DNA of 64,000 nucleotides from a virus (Duplodnaviria; Caudoviricetes): the IMG/VR virus record IMGVR_UViG_2906626472_000001, positions 54,886 to 118,885 of that record. One strand, written 5' to 3'. Position 1 is the stretch's first letter. The number at the start of each line of letters is the position of its first letter. Shown piece after piece: positions 17,312 through 26,240 of this stretch. The translations under genes were made by a program, and so were the position numbers. The notes below the pieces were generated by a model. The model searched no databases and was not told where the DNA came from. It saw only the letters and a program-made list of their open reading frames with translations.

Positions 17312-17596
17312 GTGCAGCTCTTCCACCGCAACAGCCTCGTTTCCGCCTTCAAAATTCCGCTGTGGGGGCAGGTTGCGGAGGAAACCCCGCCGAATTGGCT
17401 GGTTTCGCGGCTGCAAACGGGCGAACTTGAGATCAACCGCCTTGGCGGCCTGACCGTGAACACGCCGTTCGGCGTTCAGCAGAGCCTCCCTGGCGACGTC
17501 GTGATCCTCTTTGCAGACAATTCGATCGGCTTCGAGAAGCCTGAGAAGTTCGAGCGGGACTTCGCGCCCGTCAAGGAGCTGCCGCTGGCAGCCTGA
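17312..17596 (+). CDS. hypothetical phage protein
   Basis: GGAG then GTG; LTVNTPFG....PGDVVI....KPEKFERDF pattern. Confidence 0.65.
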   Translation: MQLFHRNSLVSAFKIPLWGQVAEETPPNWLVSRLQTGELEINRLGGLTVNTPFGVQQSLPGDVVILFADNSIGFEKPEKFERDFAPVKELPLAA

Positions 17597-17606
17597 TCCA
17601 GTTTCC

Positions 17607-17633
17607 ACCCGGTCCTCGTGACCGGGTTTTTTT
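17607..17633 (+). terminator. intrinsic terminator
   Basis: ACCCGGTC-CTCGT-GACCGGGT then T-run. Confidence 0.85.
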
Positions 17634-18065
17634 CTGTCTCACTCACTCCAACTTCCTCACCCGCCAGGGACCTCTCTGGCGGGATTTTTTCTCGCGCCAC
17701 GGGTTCGCGCTCCTGGGTTCTTCCAGTAGAGCGCGATTTCGGCGGTCTCAGCTCGCATCCCGCACAAGACGAGCAGGGATATCCAAGAGCGCGCCGCACG
17801 CCCGCGCCGCCGCCGAACTAGACATGGGTGCCGGTAAGCCGGCTTGGACCTCCTGAGAGGTCGGTACAGCAGTTCGCTGCCAAGGCCAGCCCACACTCAA
17901 AAGTTTCGCCAGCAACGCACCACCGAGCGCCGGGACGGCCTCGGAACGGCATCTGCTGGCTTCCAGAGATTCCCCGGTCCTCGGGGATATCACCGGCCCT
18001 CAGGCGGGATGCTTGACGGGCCTTTTATCACGAGGGGCGGGACGCCCCGCATTTCCGGGATGGAT

Positions 18066-18956
18066 ATGCTTAAAGCAGTCGTAACTGATCTCAACGAACT
18101 CGATGAGGGCCTCCGAGGCTACTACGTCGCGAAGGACGGGAAGTTCTTCCTGAACGTGACGCCGGTCGAAGGCTTCCAACTCGACAACACCCAGGGCCTG
18201 AAGACGGCGCTCGGTGCGGAACGCAACAACGTTTCCGTGCTCCAGGCGCAGCTGAAACCCTACGAAGGACTCGATGTCGCCGCGGCCAAGACCGCGATCG
18301 AGCGCATCGCTGCCTTCGGAGACATCACGCCGGAAGCCGCCAAGCAGGCGGTGGAAACGGCGGCTCGACTGACTGCACTCGATCCCGAGAAGCAGGCCGA
18401 GCAGATCGCGAACACCAAGCTCGACACCATCAAGGGCCAGCTCTCCGCTCAGTACAATCTGAAGGAGACCGAGTGGTCCACGAAGGTCAAGGGCCTGGAA
18501 GACACGAATGCCAGCCTGGTGGGGCAGCTGAAGAAGATCAAGGGCGAGAGCCTGATCCAATCGGAAGTCGCCAAAGCCAACCCCCTGGACGACGCGCGGG
18601 ATGCCGTCGAACTCCTGGTGGGCAAGTTCGTCCGCACGTCCTTGAAGGACGGCGAGGTCGTCACCGAAGTGATCGACACGAACGGCAACCCCCGCATCAA
18701 GGACGTGAACGGCACGCCGTTTACGGTCGCTGATCTCGTCAACGAGATCCGCGAAAAATCCGCGTCGCTCTTCAAGCCCGACGAGAAGCGCGGTCTGGGG
18801 ACCAACCCCGGCAATCAGGGCGGCGCTGCGCCGGCCGGTGGGGTTGTGAACCCCTGGGCCGCGGAGACGCGCAACATCACCCAGCAGATGGTGCTGGAAA
18901 ACACCAAACCCGAATTGGCCAAGCAGCTGAAAGCAGCGGCCGGCGTGACCGACTAA
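18066..18956 (+). CDS. capsid scaffolding protein
   Basis: Directly upstream of MCP; MLKAVV..L.ELDE.LR.YY..KDGKF.L, coiled coil, C-terminal NPW motif. Confidence 0.82.
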   Translation: MLKAVVTDLNELDEGLRGYYVAKDGKFFLNVTPVEGFQLDNTQGLKTALGAERNNVSVLQAQLKPYEGLDVAAAKTAIERIAAFGDITPEAAKQAVETAARLTALDPEKQAEQIANTKLDTIKGQLSAQYNLKETEWSTKVKGLEDTNASLVGQLKKIKGESLIQSEVAKANPLDDARDAVELLVGKFVRTSLKDGEVVTEVIDTNGNPRIKDVNGTPFTVADLVNEIREKSASLFKPDEKRGLGTNPGNQGGAAPAGGVVNPWAAETRNITQQMVLENTKPELAKQLKAAAGVTD

Positions 18957-19007
18957 GGTCCTCACGCCTTCCAACATGCATGCGCCCGGCACCCGTGTGT
19001 CCGGGCG

Positions 19008-19023
19008 TTTGCTTGAATGCAAA
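19008..19023. promoter_or_regulatory. 16-bp palindromic operator-like motif
   Basis: TTTGCTTGAATGCAAA between the scaffold and major capsid genes. Confidence 0.7.
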
Positions 19024-19059
19024 CCAGCGGCGGCCAGTCAACAACCTCAAGAGTGAGAA

Positions 19060-20040
19060 ATGACTGCAACTGCTCTCGCGGACATGATCGTCCCGACCAA
19101 GTTCAACAAGTACGTCCAGGTTCTTTCGACGCAGAAGTCCGAACTGTTCCAGTCGGGCATCATCACCGACCTGACCTCGGTGATCGACAGCGAGATCGAA
19201 GGCAAGACGGTCAACATGCCGTTCTTCAACGACCTCGATGCGTCCGACGCCGAGCAGGTGCTCGACGACTCGACCGACCTGACCGTCAGCAAGATGACGA
19301 CCGGCCAGGACGTGGCCGTGAAGCTCCTGCGCGGTAAGGCGTTCGGCGCGACCGATCTGGCGGCCGACCTGTCCGGCGCCGACCCGATCGACGCCATCGC
19401 GAACCGTTTCGCTGACTGGTGGAACAAGCGCATGCAGACCGCGCTGCTCGCCACCCTCGCGGGTGCGATGGGCTCGGCCGACATGGCTGCCAACGTCAAC
19501 GACATCTCCGCCCTGACCGGTGGCGCCGAGAACTTCGACGCCGACTCGTTCATCGACGCCGCGTTCTTGCTCGGCGACGAACAGGGCGGCCTGAACGCCG
19601 TCGCCGTCCACTCGCTGACGCTGAAGGCGATGGTCAAGGCGGACCTCATCGACTTCGTGCCCGACAGCCAGGGCAAGCTGACGATCCCGACCTATCTCGG
19701 CAAGACCGTGATCGTCGACGACAGCATGCCGGTGACCGGCGCGGGCGCGAACCGCGTGTTCACCACCTACATCTTTGGCCCCGGCGCGATCGGCTACGGC
19801 GAGAAGTCGCCGAAGACCCCGGTCGAGGTCGAGCGCCAGGCTCTGAAGGGCATGGGCCAGGAGTACATCGTGAACCGCCGCCAGTGGGTCATGCATCCCC
19901 GCGGCATCAAGTGGCTCGGCACCAACCAGGCCGGCGTCACCCCCGCGAACTCCGAGCTGGCCGACGTCGCCAACTGGAAGCGCGTGTACGATCCCAAGAT
20001 CGTCCGCATCGTCGCCTTCAAGCACAAGCTGGCGGCCTAA
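19060..20040 (+). CDS. major capsid protein
   Basis: T.LADMIVP..F..Y, GKTVNMPFFNDL, TYLGKTVIVDD, MHPRG, NWKRVYDPK; strongly biased codons. Confidence 0.93.
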   Translation: MTATALADMIVPTKFNKYVQVLSTQKSELFQSGIITDLTSVIDSEIEGKTVNMPFFNDLDASDAEQVLDDSTDLTVSKMTTGQDVAVKLLRGKAFGATDLAADLSGADPIDAIANRFADWWNKRMQTALLATLAGAMGSADMAANVNDISALTGGAENFDADSFIDAAFLLGDEQGGLNAVAVHSLTLKAMVKADLIDFVPDSQGKLTIPTYLGKTVIVDDSMPVTGAGANRVFTTYIFGPGAIGYGEKSPKTPVEVERQALKGMGQEYIVNRRQWVMHPRGIKWLGTNQAGVTPANSELADVANWKRVYDPKIVRIVAFKHKLAA

Positions 20041-20073
20041 TCGTCTCTGACGGTTAGATCTGAAACACGAGAT

Positions 20074-20103
20074 CCCTCCTCGGGCAACCGGGGAGGGTTC
20101 TTT
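20074..20103 (+). terminator. intrinsic terminator after MCP
   Basis: CCCTCCTCGG-GCAA-CCGGGGAGGG then TTCTTT. Confidence 0.75.
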
Positions 20104-20121
20104 GTGACTCTGGAGACAATC

Positions 20122-20481
20122 ATGATTGGAGCTAAGGGCTTTCGAGCCCGTGAGGCGGCTGCGAACTACAAGCGCCGCGATCGACGTCTGGTCTCGGACG
20201 AGGTCCGCGCCATTCGCTTCGCCAACCTGCACGGCAACGACGAAAAGCCGGAAGCGCCGGTCGAGCCGGAAGTGAATGTCGAGGCTGAAGCGCCCGACGA
20301 GCAGCCGGAGACGCAGGTCGAGCAGACCGAACAGTCTGAAGGCGATGCGACCGACGAAGCTGGCGACGAGGCCGGCGACGAAGGTGAAGGCGAGGGTGAG
20401 GCTGAAGGCGAGGCTGATGCCGGCGCCGACAAGACCGCCGCCCCGAAGAAGAAGGCCGGCAAGAAGTCGGCGAAGAAGTAA
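20122..20481 (+). CDS. acidic low-complexity virion-associated protein
   Basis: GGAG RBS; E/D/G/A-rich middle, Lys-rich tail. Confidence 0.6.
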   Translation: MIGAKGFRAREAAANYKRRDRRLVSDEVRAIRFANLHGNDEKPEAPVEPEVNVEAEAPDEQPETQVEQTEQSEGDATDEAGDEAGDEGEGEGEAEGEADAGADKTAAPKKKAGKKSAKK

Positions 20482-20490
20482 GGATTTGTG

Positions 20491-20919
20491 ATGGGCTACG
20501 CCAGCAAGGAAGATATCGACGAGCTTTACGGCACCGATCTCCTGGTCCGCGTAGCCGATTACAACAAGGACGGCACGCCGGACCCCGAGGTCATCGCCAA
20601 GGGGCTCCAGGCAGCCGACGAGATTTGCGACGCCTACCTGTCGGCGCAGTACACGATCCCAGTAGTCCCCACGCCCGGCGTGGTGAAGAACTGCGCGATC
20701 GACATCGCCGTCTACAAGATGGCGCTCGGCCGCACCGGCCGCACGGACGAAATGCGTGTGCGTTATGAGGACGCGCTAGCGCTGCTGGAGAAGATTTCCA
20801 CCGGCAAGGTCGGCCTCGGGCTTCCGCCTGAGACGGTCGACAACGGCGACGGCACGAGCACAACGACCAACCCGAACGTCCGGCGCTCAGGAGGCTCGTT
20901 CGACTGCGGGAGGGCCTAA
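20491..20919 (+). CDS. head-tail adaptor (Mu gp36/DUF1320-like)
   Basis: YAS..D...YG, DAYL..QY..P, DIAVY, RYEDA..LL..I..GKV.LG. Confidence 0.88.
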   Translation: MGYASKEDIDELYGTDLLVRVADYNKDGTPDPEVIAKGLQAADEICDAYLSAQYTIPVVPTPGVVKNCAIDIAVYKMALGRTGRTDEMRVRYEDALALLEKISTGKVGLGLPPETVDNGDGTSTTTNPNVRRSGGSFDCGRA

Positions 20920-21386
20920 TGGCCGGCCTTAAGCTCGACGTCGACGATCATGATTTCCGCCGCCTCACCCGGCGCATCGGCGACCTGCTGCACGACGTGC
21001 TCGAAATGCACACCGTGTACGCCCAGGCCGCGGAATACATGAAGCGGTCCACCGAGAACCGCCTGCTGCGCAGCAAGACCTCGCCAGACGGCGAGCGTTG
21101 GGAAGCGCTGCGCGACGTGACCGTCAACCTGAAGGGTCACGACACCATCCTGTTCGAGACCGGCGAGCTGGCCAACAGCATCCAGATCGGCGACGTCAGC
21201 AATGACGGCTTCGAGCTGATCTCCAACGCGCCGCACGCCTCCTTCATGCAGGAAGGCATCAAGCGGACGCGCGGAATGATCAAGAACAAGAAGGTCCCCG
21301 CCCGTCCGTTCATGGGCTTCTCGGAAGAAAACAAACGACGGATCGCCCTGATGATCCGTGACTATCTGGCGCATGGAGGCGACTGA
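20919..21386 (+). CDS. virion morphogenesis protein (Mu gpG/P2 gpS-like)
   Basis: SPDGERW..L, L..TG.L..SI, VPARPFMGFS. Confidence 0.88.
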   Translation: MAGLKLDVDDHDFRRLTRRIGDLLHDVLEMHTVYAQAAEYMKRSTENRLLRSKTSPDGERWEALRDVTVNLKGHDTILFETGELANSIQIGDVSNDGFELISNAPHASFMQEGIKRTRGMIKNKKVPARPFMGFSEENKRRIALMIRDYLAHGGD

Positions 21387-21967
21387 TGAGCAAGATCGTC
21401 GACTTCCGCCAGCGGATTATCGACACGGTCAAGGCGATGTACCCCGACATGGATGTCGAGTGGTACGACGGCCTTTTCGACGAGCATGACATCGCTGAGT
21501 GGACGCTGAAGACTCCGTGCGCCCGCGTCGCGGTCATGAACTCGACCGGCGACCATGAAGCGACCGGCGAGCTGAACGCGCGCCTCCGCTGCCTGATCGT
21601 CATCATCGACGAGAACCGGTACGCCGCCCTCGATGGCGACGCCCGTGCCTGGGAGTACGTCGAGAGCATCGCCATCATGGCGAACCTGAACCAATTCGGC
21701 GACCCGAACGCGGCGCCAGCAACCAACGTGAAGTTCCGGCGGATCAGTCAGCCGGTGCTCCGGCGCGAAGGCGTGTCGGTCGGCGTGGTGGAATGGGAAA
21801 GCGACCTGACGATCGGCCACAACCGCATCGCCGAGCGTGAATACTTCTACCGGCCGGATGGCTCCCGGATCACCCAGCTGCCTCTGACGGCCCACACCCG
21901 CGGTCATGTGCATACCGCGGCCGGCGTGGTGTCCGACGAGACGACGGACTTCGACGTCGAGAGGTAA
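21386..21967 (+). CDS. tail completion/terminator protein
   Basis: Position between neck and baseplate genes; size and TGATG coupling. Confidence 0.6.
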   Translation: MSKIVDFRQRIIDTVKAMYPDMDVEWYDGLFDEHDIAEWTLKTPCARVAVMNSTGDHEATGELNARLRCLIVIIDENRYAALDGDARAWEYVESIAIMANLNQFGDPNAAPATNVKFRRISQPVLRREGVSVGVVEWESDLTIGHNRIAEREYFYRPDGSRITQLPLTAHTRGHVHTAAGVVSDETTDFDVER

Positions 21968-21969
21968 CG

Positions 21970-23457
21970 ATGAAGGCCCTTCTCGCCATCGAGCGGCGCT
22001 TGCAGGACATCGAACGCAAGTTCGAGAACAAGGAGCGCCTCGGCAAGATCACGGCGGTCAAGTTCGAAAAAGACCGCTGGTACGTCAAGATGAACGACGG
22101 CGAGGACCAGACGCCCAGCGGATCGCAGTCAAGCGCCAATCCGATGGACGGCGAGGGCACCTTCAAGAGCGACTGGCAACCCTGGCTGGCTCACTCTCAC
22201 GGCACCATCAAGTTCTCGATCCCGCCGAAGGTTGGGCAACAGGCGCTGCTGCGATCGGCCGGCGGCATCCCCGAGCTTTCCACGATTGAGCCTCATCACT
22301 ACGGCCCGCAGGCGCCTTCGCCGCACGGCAAGCAGGATGAGACTGTCGGCCTGATCCACGAGAAAGAGGATCAGCAGCACTGGCAGCACGCGACCAAGGA
22401 CACGAACCACCTCATCATCAAGTCCAAGAAGAAGTCGGGCAGCATCGGCGGCCTCGGCGACATCGGCGGGCTCGGTGATCTCGCAGGCATCGGCCAGATG
22501 GCAGGCCTGAGCGGCATGGACTTCTCCGGCATGCTCGGCAGCCTCGGCAACCTCGATATGAGCAGCCTGGGCAACCTGGCGAACCTCGACATTTCGAGCA
22601 TCACCAACATGACGGGGCTTGGCGGCCTCGGTCTCGGCGACCTCTCGCAGCTCGCCAACGTCGGCGCCATGGCCAAGCTCGCGGGTCTCCCCGATCTGGC
22701 GCAGCTCGGCAACATCGCCAACATCGCGCAGCAGGTCAAAGCCGGCGGCCTTATGGGCGTCGTTGGCGGCATGATCGGCGGCGGAGCGGGCGGCGGAGCA
22801 GGTGTCCCGGCCAGTCAGGGCGGAGGCCAGAAGGCTGAAGCGCCCAAGCTTCCGGAAGTCCCGGAGGACGGTGACGACGGCGTCACCCAGGTCAAGTCGA
22901 CCAAGGAGTTCATCCTCAAGACGGTCGGCAAGAACAAGTCCTACTACCGGCAGGACGAAGAGAAGGTCCACATCCGCTACGGCGAGAAAGACGCCAAGGG
23001 CGACGTCCTGATGGACGAGAACCAGGTCAAGGTCCAGTTCAAGGACAAGAAGGCCATGGTGAAGTGGACCGAGGAAGATCTCACGGTCCAGATGGGCGAC
23101 GACGACAAGTCCCGCATCCACATGACCGAAGAGGCTGTCCATCTCTCGCAGGGCGACAACGCCCACATCGAGATGAAGGAAGACGGCATCCTCTACAAAG
23201 TCGGCGATGCGTCGATGTACCTGGAGGATGGCGGCCTGACCGTCACGATCGCCGGCACCTTCTGGAAGTTCTCCGGCAGCGGTCTGCATCAGACCGGCGG
23301 CGACATCGGCCACAACAAGAAATCCATCGGCTACATGCACATCCACGGTGCGACGCCGCCCCCGAGCTTGCCCTTCCAGGGCGACGAAGGCTCCGCTCAT
23401 ACGGGCGGGCCCACGGACGCTGGCGGCGGACCTGATCCGGGGACGGGCACGGCCTAA
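21970..23457 (+). CDS. baseplate central spike (gpV-like) with a large low-complexity insertion
   Basis: N-terminal RLGKI..V, SDWQPW, PPKVGQQ OB-fold motifs; beta-repeat C-half; apex HIH motif. Confidence 0.8.
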   Translation: MKALLAIERRLQDIERKFENKERLGKITAVKFEKDRWYVKMNDGEDQTPSGSQSSANPMDGEGTFKSDWQPWLAHSHGTIKFSIPPKVGQQALLRSAGGIPELSTIEPHHYGPQAPSPHGKQDETVGLIHEKEDQQHWQHATKDTNHLIIKSKKKSGSIGGLGDIGGLGDLAGIGQMAGLSGMDFSGMLGSLGNLDMSSLGNLANLDISSITNMTGLGGLGLGDLSQLANVGAMAKLAGLPDLAQLGNIANIAQQVKAGGLMGVVGGMIGGGAGGGAGVPASQGGGQKAEAPKLPEVPEDGDDGVTQVKSTKEFILKTVGKNKSYYRQDEEKVHIRYGEKDAKGDVLMDENQVKVQFKDKKAMVKWTEEDLTVQMGDDDKSRIHMTEEAVHLSQGDNAHIEMKEDGILYKVGDASMYLEDGGLTVTIAGTFWKFSGSGLHQTGGDIGHNKKSIGYMHIHGATPPPSLPFQGDEGSAHTGGPTDAGGGPDPGTGTA

Positions 23458-23471
23458 AAGGGAACACCCAC

Positions 23472-23705
23472 ATGAAAGACTACACCGTCGTGCGCGACTT
23501 CTGGCGCAACGGCATCCTGCAGCCTGCCGGAAAAGTTCTCCGGCTGGCGGCGTCGGAAGCCAAGTATCTGGCGCACGCTGTCGAAGAGGCAGCAATCGAG
23601 GTCGAGCAGAAGGTCGAGACCGCTGTGAAGCGCGTCCGCGGCCAGAAGCCGCTCGCGGTCGCCGTGGTGGAGGCGCCGGCCGATGGCGACGACGTCTCCA
23701 ACTGA
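23472..23705 (+). CDS. small baseplate-region protein
   Basis: AAAGGGA RBS; YTVVRDFW...GKVLRL...EAKYL. Confidence 0.65.
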   Translation: MKDYTVVRDFWRNGILQPAGKVLRLAASEAKYLAHAVEEAAIEVEQKVETAVKRVRGQKPLAVAVVEAPADGDDVSN

Positions 23706-24048
23706 GCATCTGATCGACATCGATCGGACGACCGGCGAGTACGTCCAGGGCTGGCCCCGGATTAAGCAGAGCATCTACACGATCCTCACCACACGGCTGC
23801 GCACGCGATTGATGCGCCTGTGGTGGGGCTCGAACTTCATCGACATGCAGGACAAGCCTGGCAACCAGGAAGTCCTCATGACCGGCATGATGGCTGCTAT
23901 CGCCGCGATCAACACCTACGAGCCCGAGTTCAAGGTGACCCGCGTCACCATCGACGACTTCGACGCGACCGGCGACATCACGATCACGATCGAGGGCATC
24001 GATCTGGTCGACGCCGCACTGAAGAGGGTTCGTCAAACCATCTCCTGA
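23683..24048 (+). CDS. baseplate wedge protein gpW/gp25-like
   Basis: DRTTG, IKQSI..ILTT...TRLMR...GS, YEP. Confidence 0.88.
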   Translation: MATTSPTEHLIDIDRTTGEYVQGWPRIKQSIYTILTTRLRTRLMRLWWGSNFIDMQDKPGNQEVLMTGMMAAIAAINTYEPEFKVTRVTIDDFDATGDITITIEGIDLVDAALKRVRQTIS

Positions 24049-24066
24049 TTTCACGGCGAGGGATAA

Positions 24067-24936
24067 ATGCCGAGTTTCGAGTCTCCCGCGCTGTACATCG
24101 ACTTTGCGAGGCTTCCGCCTCCGCAGGTGATCGAGGAAATCGACTACGAAAAGCTTCTCACGGGCTACCAGCAGCAGGTTCTCGCAAAGAACTCTGCACT
24201 CGAAGCCGCGCTGAAGCTTGAGCAGTCGCCCACGAACATCATCCTGGAGGCCGAGGCCTACGGAGAGATGATCGTCCGCGAGCGCATCAACGCCGCGGCT
24301 CGCGCCTCCATGCTGCCGTTCGCCACGGGGTCTGACCTCGACGTGATCGGCGCCCGGTTCAATGTGCAGCGAATGGACGGCGAGTTGGATCCTCGCCTCC
24401 GCAGGCGCATCCAGCTCTCGATGGAGAGCTACACGACGGCCGGCAGCCCCGGCTCCTACATCTTTCACGCGCTGAGCACCTCGACGAGCGTCAAGGACGC
24501 CACCGCGGTCGCCGAGCGCGGCACCGGCCGGGTCACCGTCACCATCATGGCGGACGGCACCGATCCGGTACCTGGCCAGCCGCTAGTCGACGCCGTCTAC
24601 GACCGACTCATGTCGGACGGCATCAAGCCGCTGACCGACGACATCTCCGTCCTGCCGGTCACCAAGATCTCGGCCGACATCACCGCCAACCTGACGCTTT
24701 ACCCTGGCCCTGACGCCTCGCTCGTCGTTGCCGACATCAACAAGGCGCTGACTGCGCTGCGCGCCCGCGTCTCTCAGATCGGCCGCGACCTGAAGCGGTC
24801 CGCCGTCCTCGCCGCCCTCACGCGAGAGGGCGTGCAGAACGTCGAAACGGACTTTCAGGACATCAACGTCGGCACGGGCGCAGTCGTCTGGATCACCTCC
24901 GCCAGCGTGAACGTCTCAAGCTTCCGCGAGGAGTAA
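24067..24936 (+). CDS. baseplate J-like protein
   Basis: ID..RLPPP.VIEEIDYE, RERIN.AA, ATGSDLD, TAGS.GSY.FHA, KPLTD. Confidence 0.93.
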   Translation: MPSFESPALYIDFARLPPPQVIEEIDYEKLLTGYQQQVLAKNSALEAALKLEQSPTNIILEAEAYGEMIVRERINAAARASMLPFATGSDLDVIGARFNVQRMDGELDPRLRRRIQLSMESYTTAGSPGSYIFHALSTSTSVKDATAVAERGTGRVTVTIMADGTDPVPGQPLVDAVYDRLMSDGIKPLTDDISVLPVTKISADITANLTLYPGPDASLVVADINKALTALRARVSQIGRDLKRSAVLAALTREGVQNVETDFQDINVGTGAVVWITSASVNVSSFREE

Positions 24937-24939
24937 TCC

Positions 24940-26169
24940 ATGGCAGCTCGCCTGCTGGACCACATTCTTGCGCCGAATGCGACGCTCTACGAGCGCACCC
25001 TGGCTTCGCAGGTCGATCGGCTCCTCTCGCTGGACACCGATCGACTGCGCCGGCTCTGGGATCCCTACCGATGTCATATCGACGACCTGCCGTACCTGGC
25101 CTGGTCGTTCTCGGTTGACCTCTGGGACACGGGCTGGCCCGAGGCCAAGAAGCGCAAGGTCGTCGCCGACGCAATCTCTCATCACCGGATCAAGGGCACG
25201 AAGGCCGGCATGGCCACGTACCTTGACCTGGTCGACTGCGCGCTGAATGATCTGATCGTTCCCCCGGCGCGTGGTTACCGCATGCCGGCGATGACGAACG
25301 ACGAGTTCATGTCCTGGCTGGTGCATCTGCCCCAGATCAGGATGTATCCGTACGTTATTCGAGACCCCGCGGGCCCCCGCGAGTTCCGGATGAAGGACGT
25401 GTACTTCCGGAACGATAACTTCCGCGAGCCCAGCATCGGGCCTCAGATCTACGGTCGGAAGGCGTCCATCTACAAGGATGGTATCGAGACCTTCATCAAG
25501 CTGGAAGCCATGACCGAGCTTGGCGGCCAGCTCGTCGAGCGGGTCTCGTTCGCCAACAAGTCGACCCGCGACTATCACAGCGATGGCTTTCGCGGTCAGA
25601 AATTCTACGAGCCGACCGACGCGGCCGACAACATCGTCACGGTGCGGCTCAACCAGGCTGCATCCGATCTGATCTCGGTGACGCCGGGGCTTACGCCTCA
25701 GGATGTTCGCCCGACGCAGATCTCGGAAAAGCACACCGCCTATTCGGCGCAGCACTTCCACGACTACAATGCCTCGTTCCGCGGGAAAAACTTCCGCTGC
25801 GAGACGGACGCAGCCCACTGGATCTACGATCGAGTGTCTCTGCACAGCAAGGAAGACCTGCCCGCAGGCCTGGCCGTGAAGTCCTACCGCGGACACATCC
25901 GATACGGCATCCAGCCCTACACGGCTCAGGCAAGGGTCAGCGTTCCCACGGTTCGCTCAAATGCTCTGGGCTTCGGCGGCAGATTCCGAAACGGCTTCCG
26001 CGTCCCCAGCGACATGTCGAAGCTCGACGATGCCTGCGGAGCAATCGTCGCCGTCAAGCCTCTGCGAGACACGGTCCTCGTCGACACGGTCAACTACCGA
26101 GTCGTGCGCCTCAAGGATCGTCGCCGCCTGGGAACGTTCAGGCTCGGCGAAATCAAGAAGGTCGCGTGA
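24940..26169 (+). CDS. tail protein I (P2 gpI-like) with C-terminal extension
   Basis: LWDP..C....LPYLAW.FSVD.WD..WPE..KR, H..KGT. Confidence 0.9.
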   Translation: MAARLLDHILAPNATLYERTLASQVDRLLSLDTDRLRRLWDPYRCHIDDLPYLAWSFSVDLWDTGWPEAKKRKVVADAISHHRIKGTKAGMATYLDLVDCALNDLIVPPARGYRMPAMTNDEFMSWLVHLPQIRMYPYVIRDPAGPREFRMKDVYFRNDNFREPSIGPQIYGRKASIYKDGIETFIKLEAMTELGGQLVERVSFANKSTRDYHSDGFRGQKFYEPTDAADNIVTVRLNQAASDLISVTPGLTPQDVRPTQISEKHTAYSAQHFHDYNASFRGKNFRCETDAAHWIYDRVSLHSKEDLPAGLAVKSYRGHIRYGIQPYTAQARVSVPTVRSNALGFGGRFRNGFRVPSDMSKLDDACGAIVAVKPLRDTVLVDTVNYRVVRLKDRRRLGTFRLGEIKKVA

Positions 26170-26196
26170 GCGACTAGGACCATCAAGATCAACCCC

Positions 26197-26223
26197 AAGC
26201 CGCCCCTCACCCGGGCGGCTTTT
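26197..26223 (+). terminator. terminator-like hairpin
   Basis: AAGCCGCCC-CTCACCC-GGGCGGCTT then TT. Confidence 0.7.
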
Positions 26224-26240
26224 GAATTTTGGGAACACCA

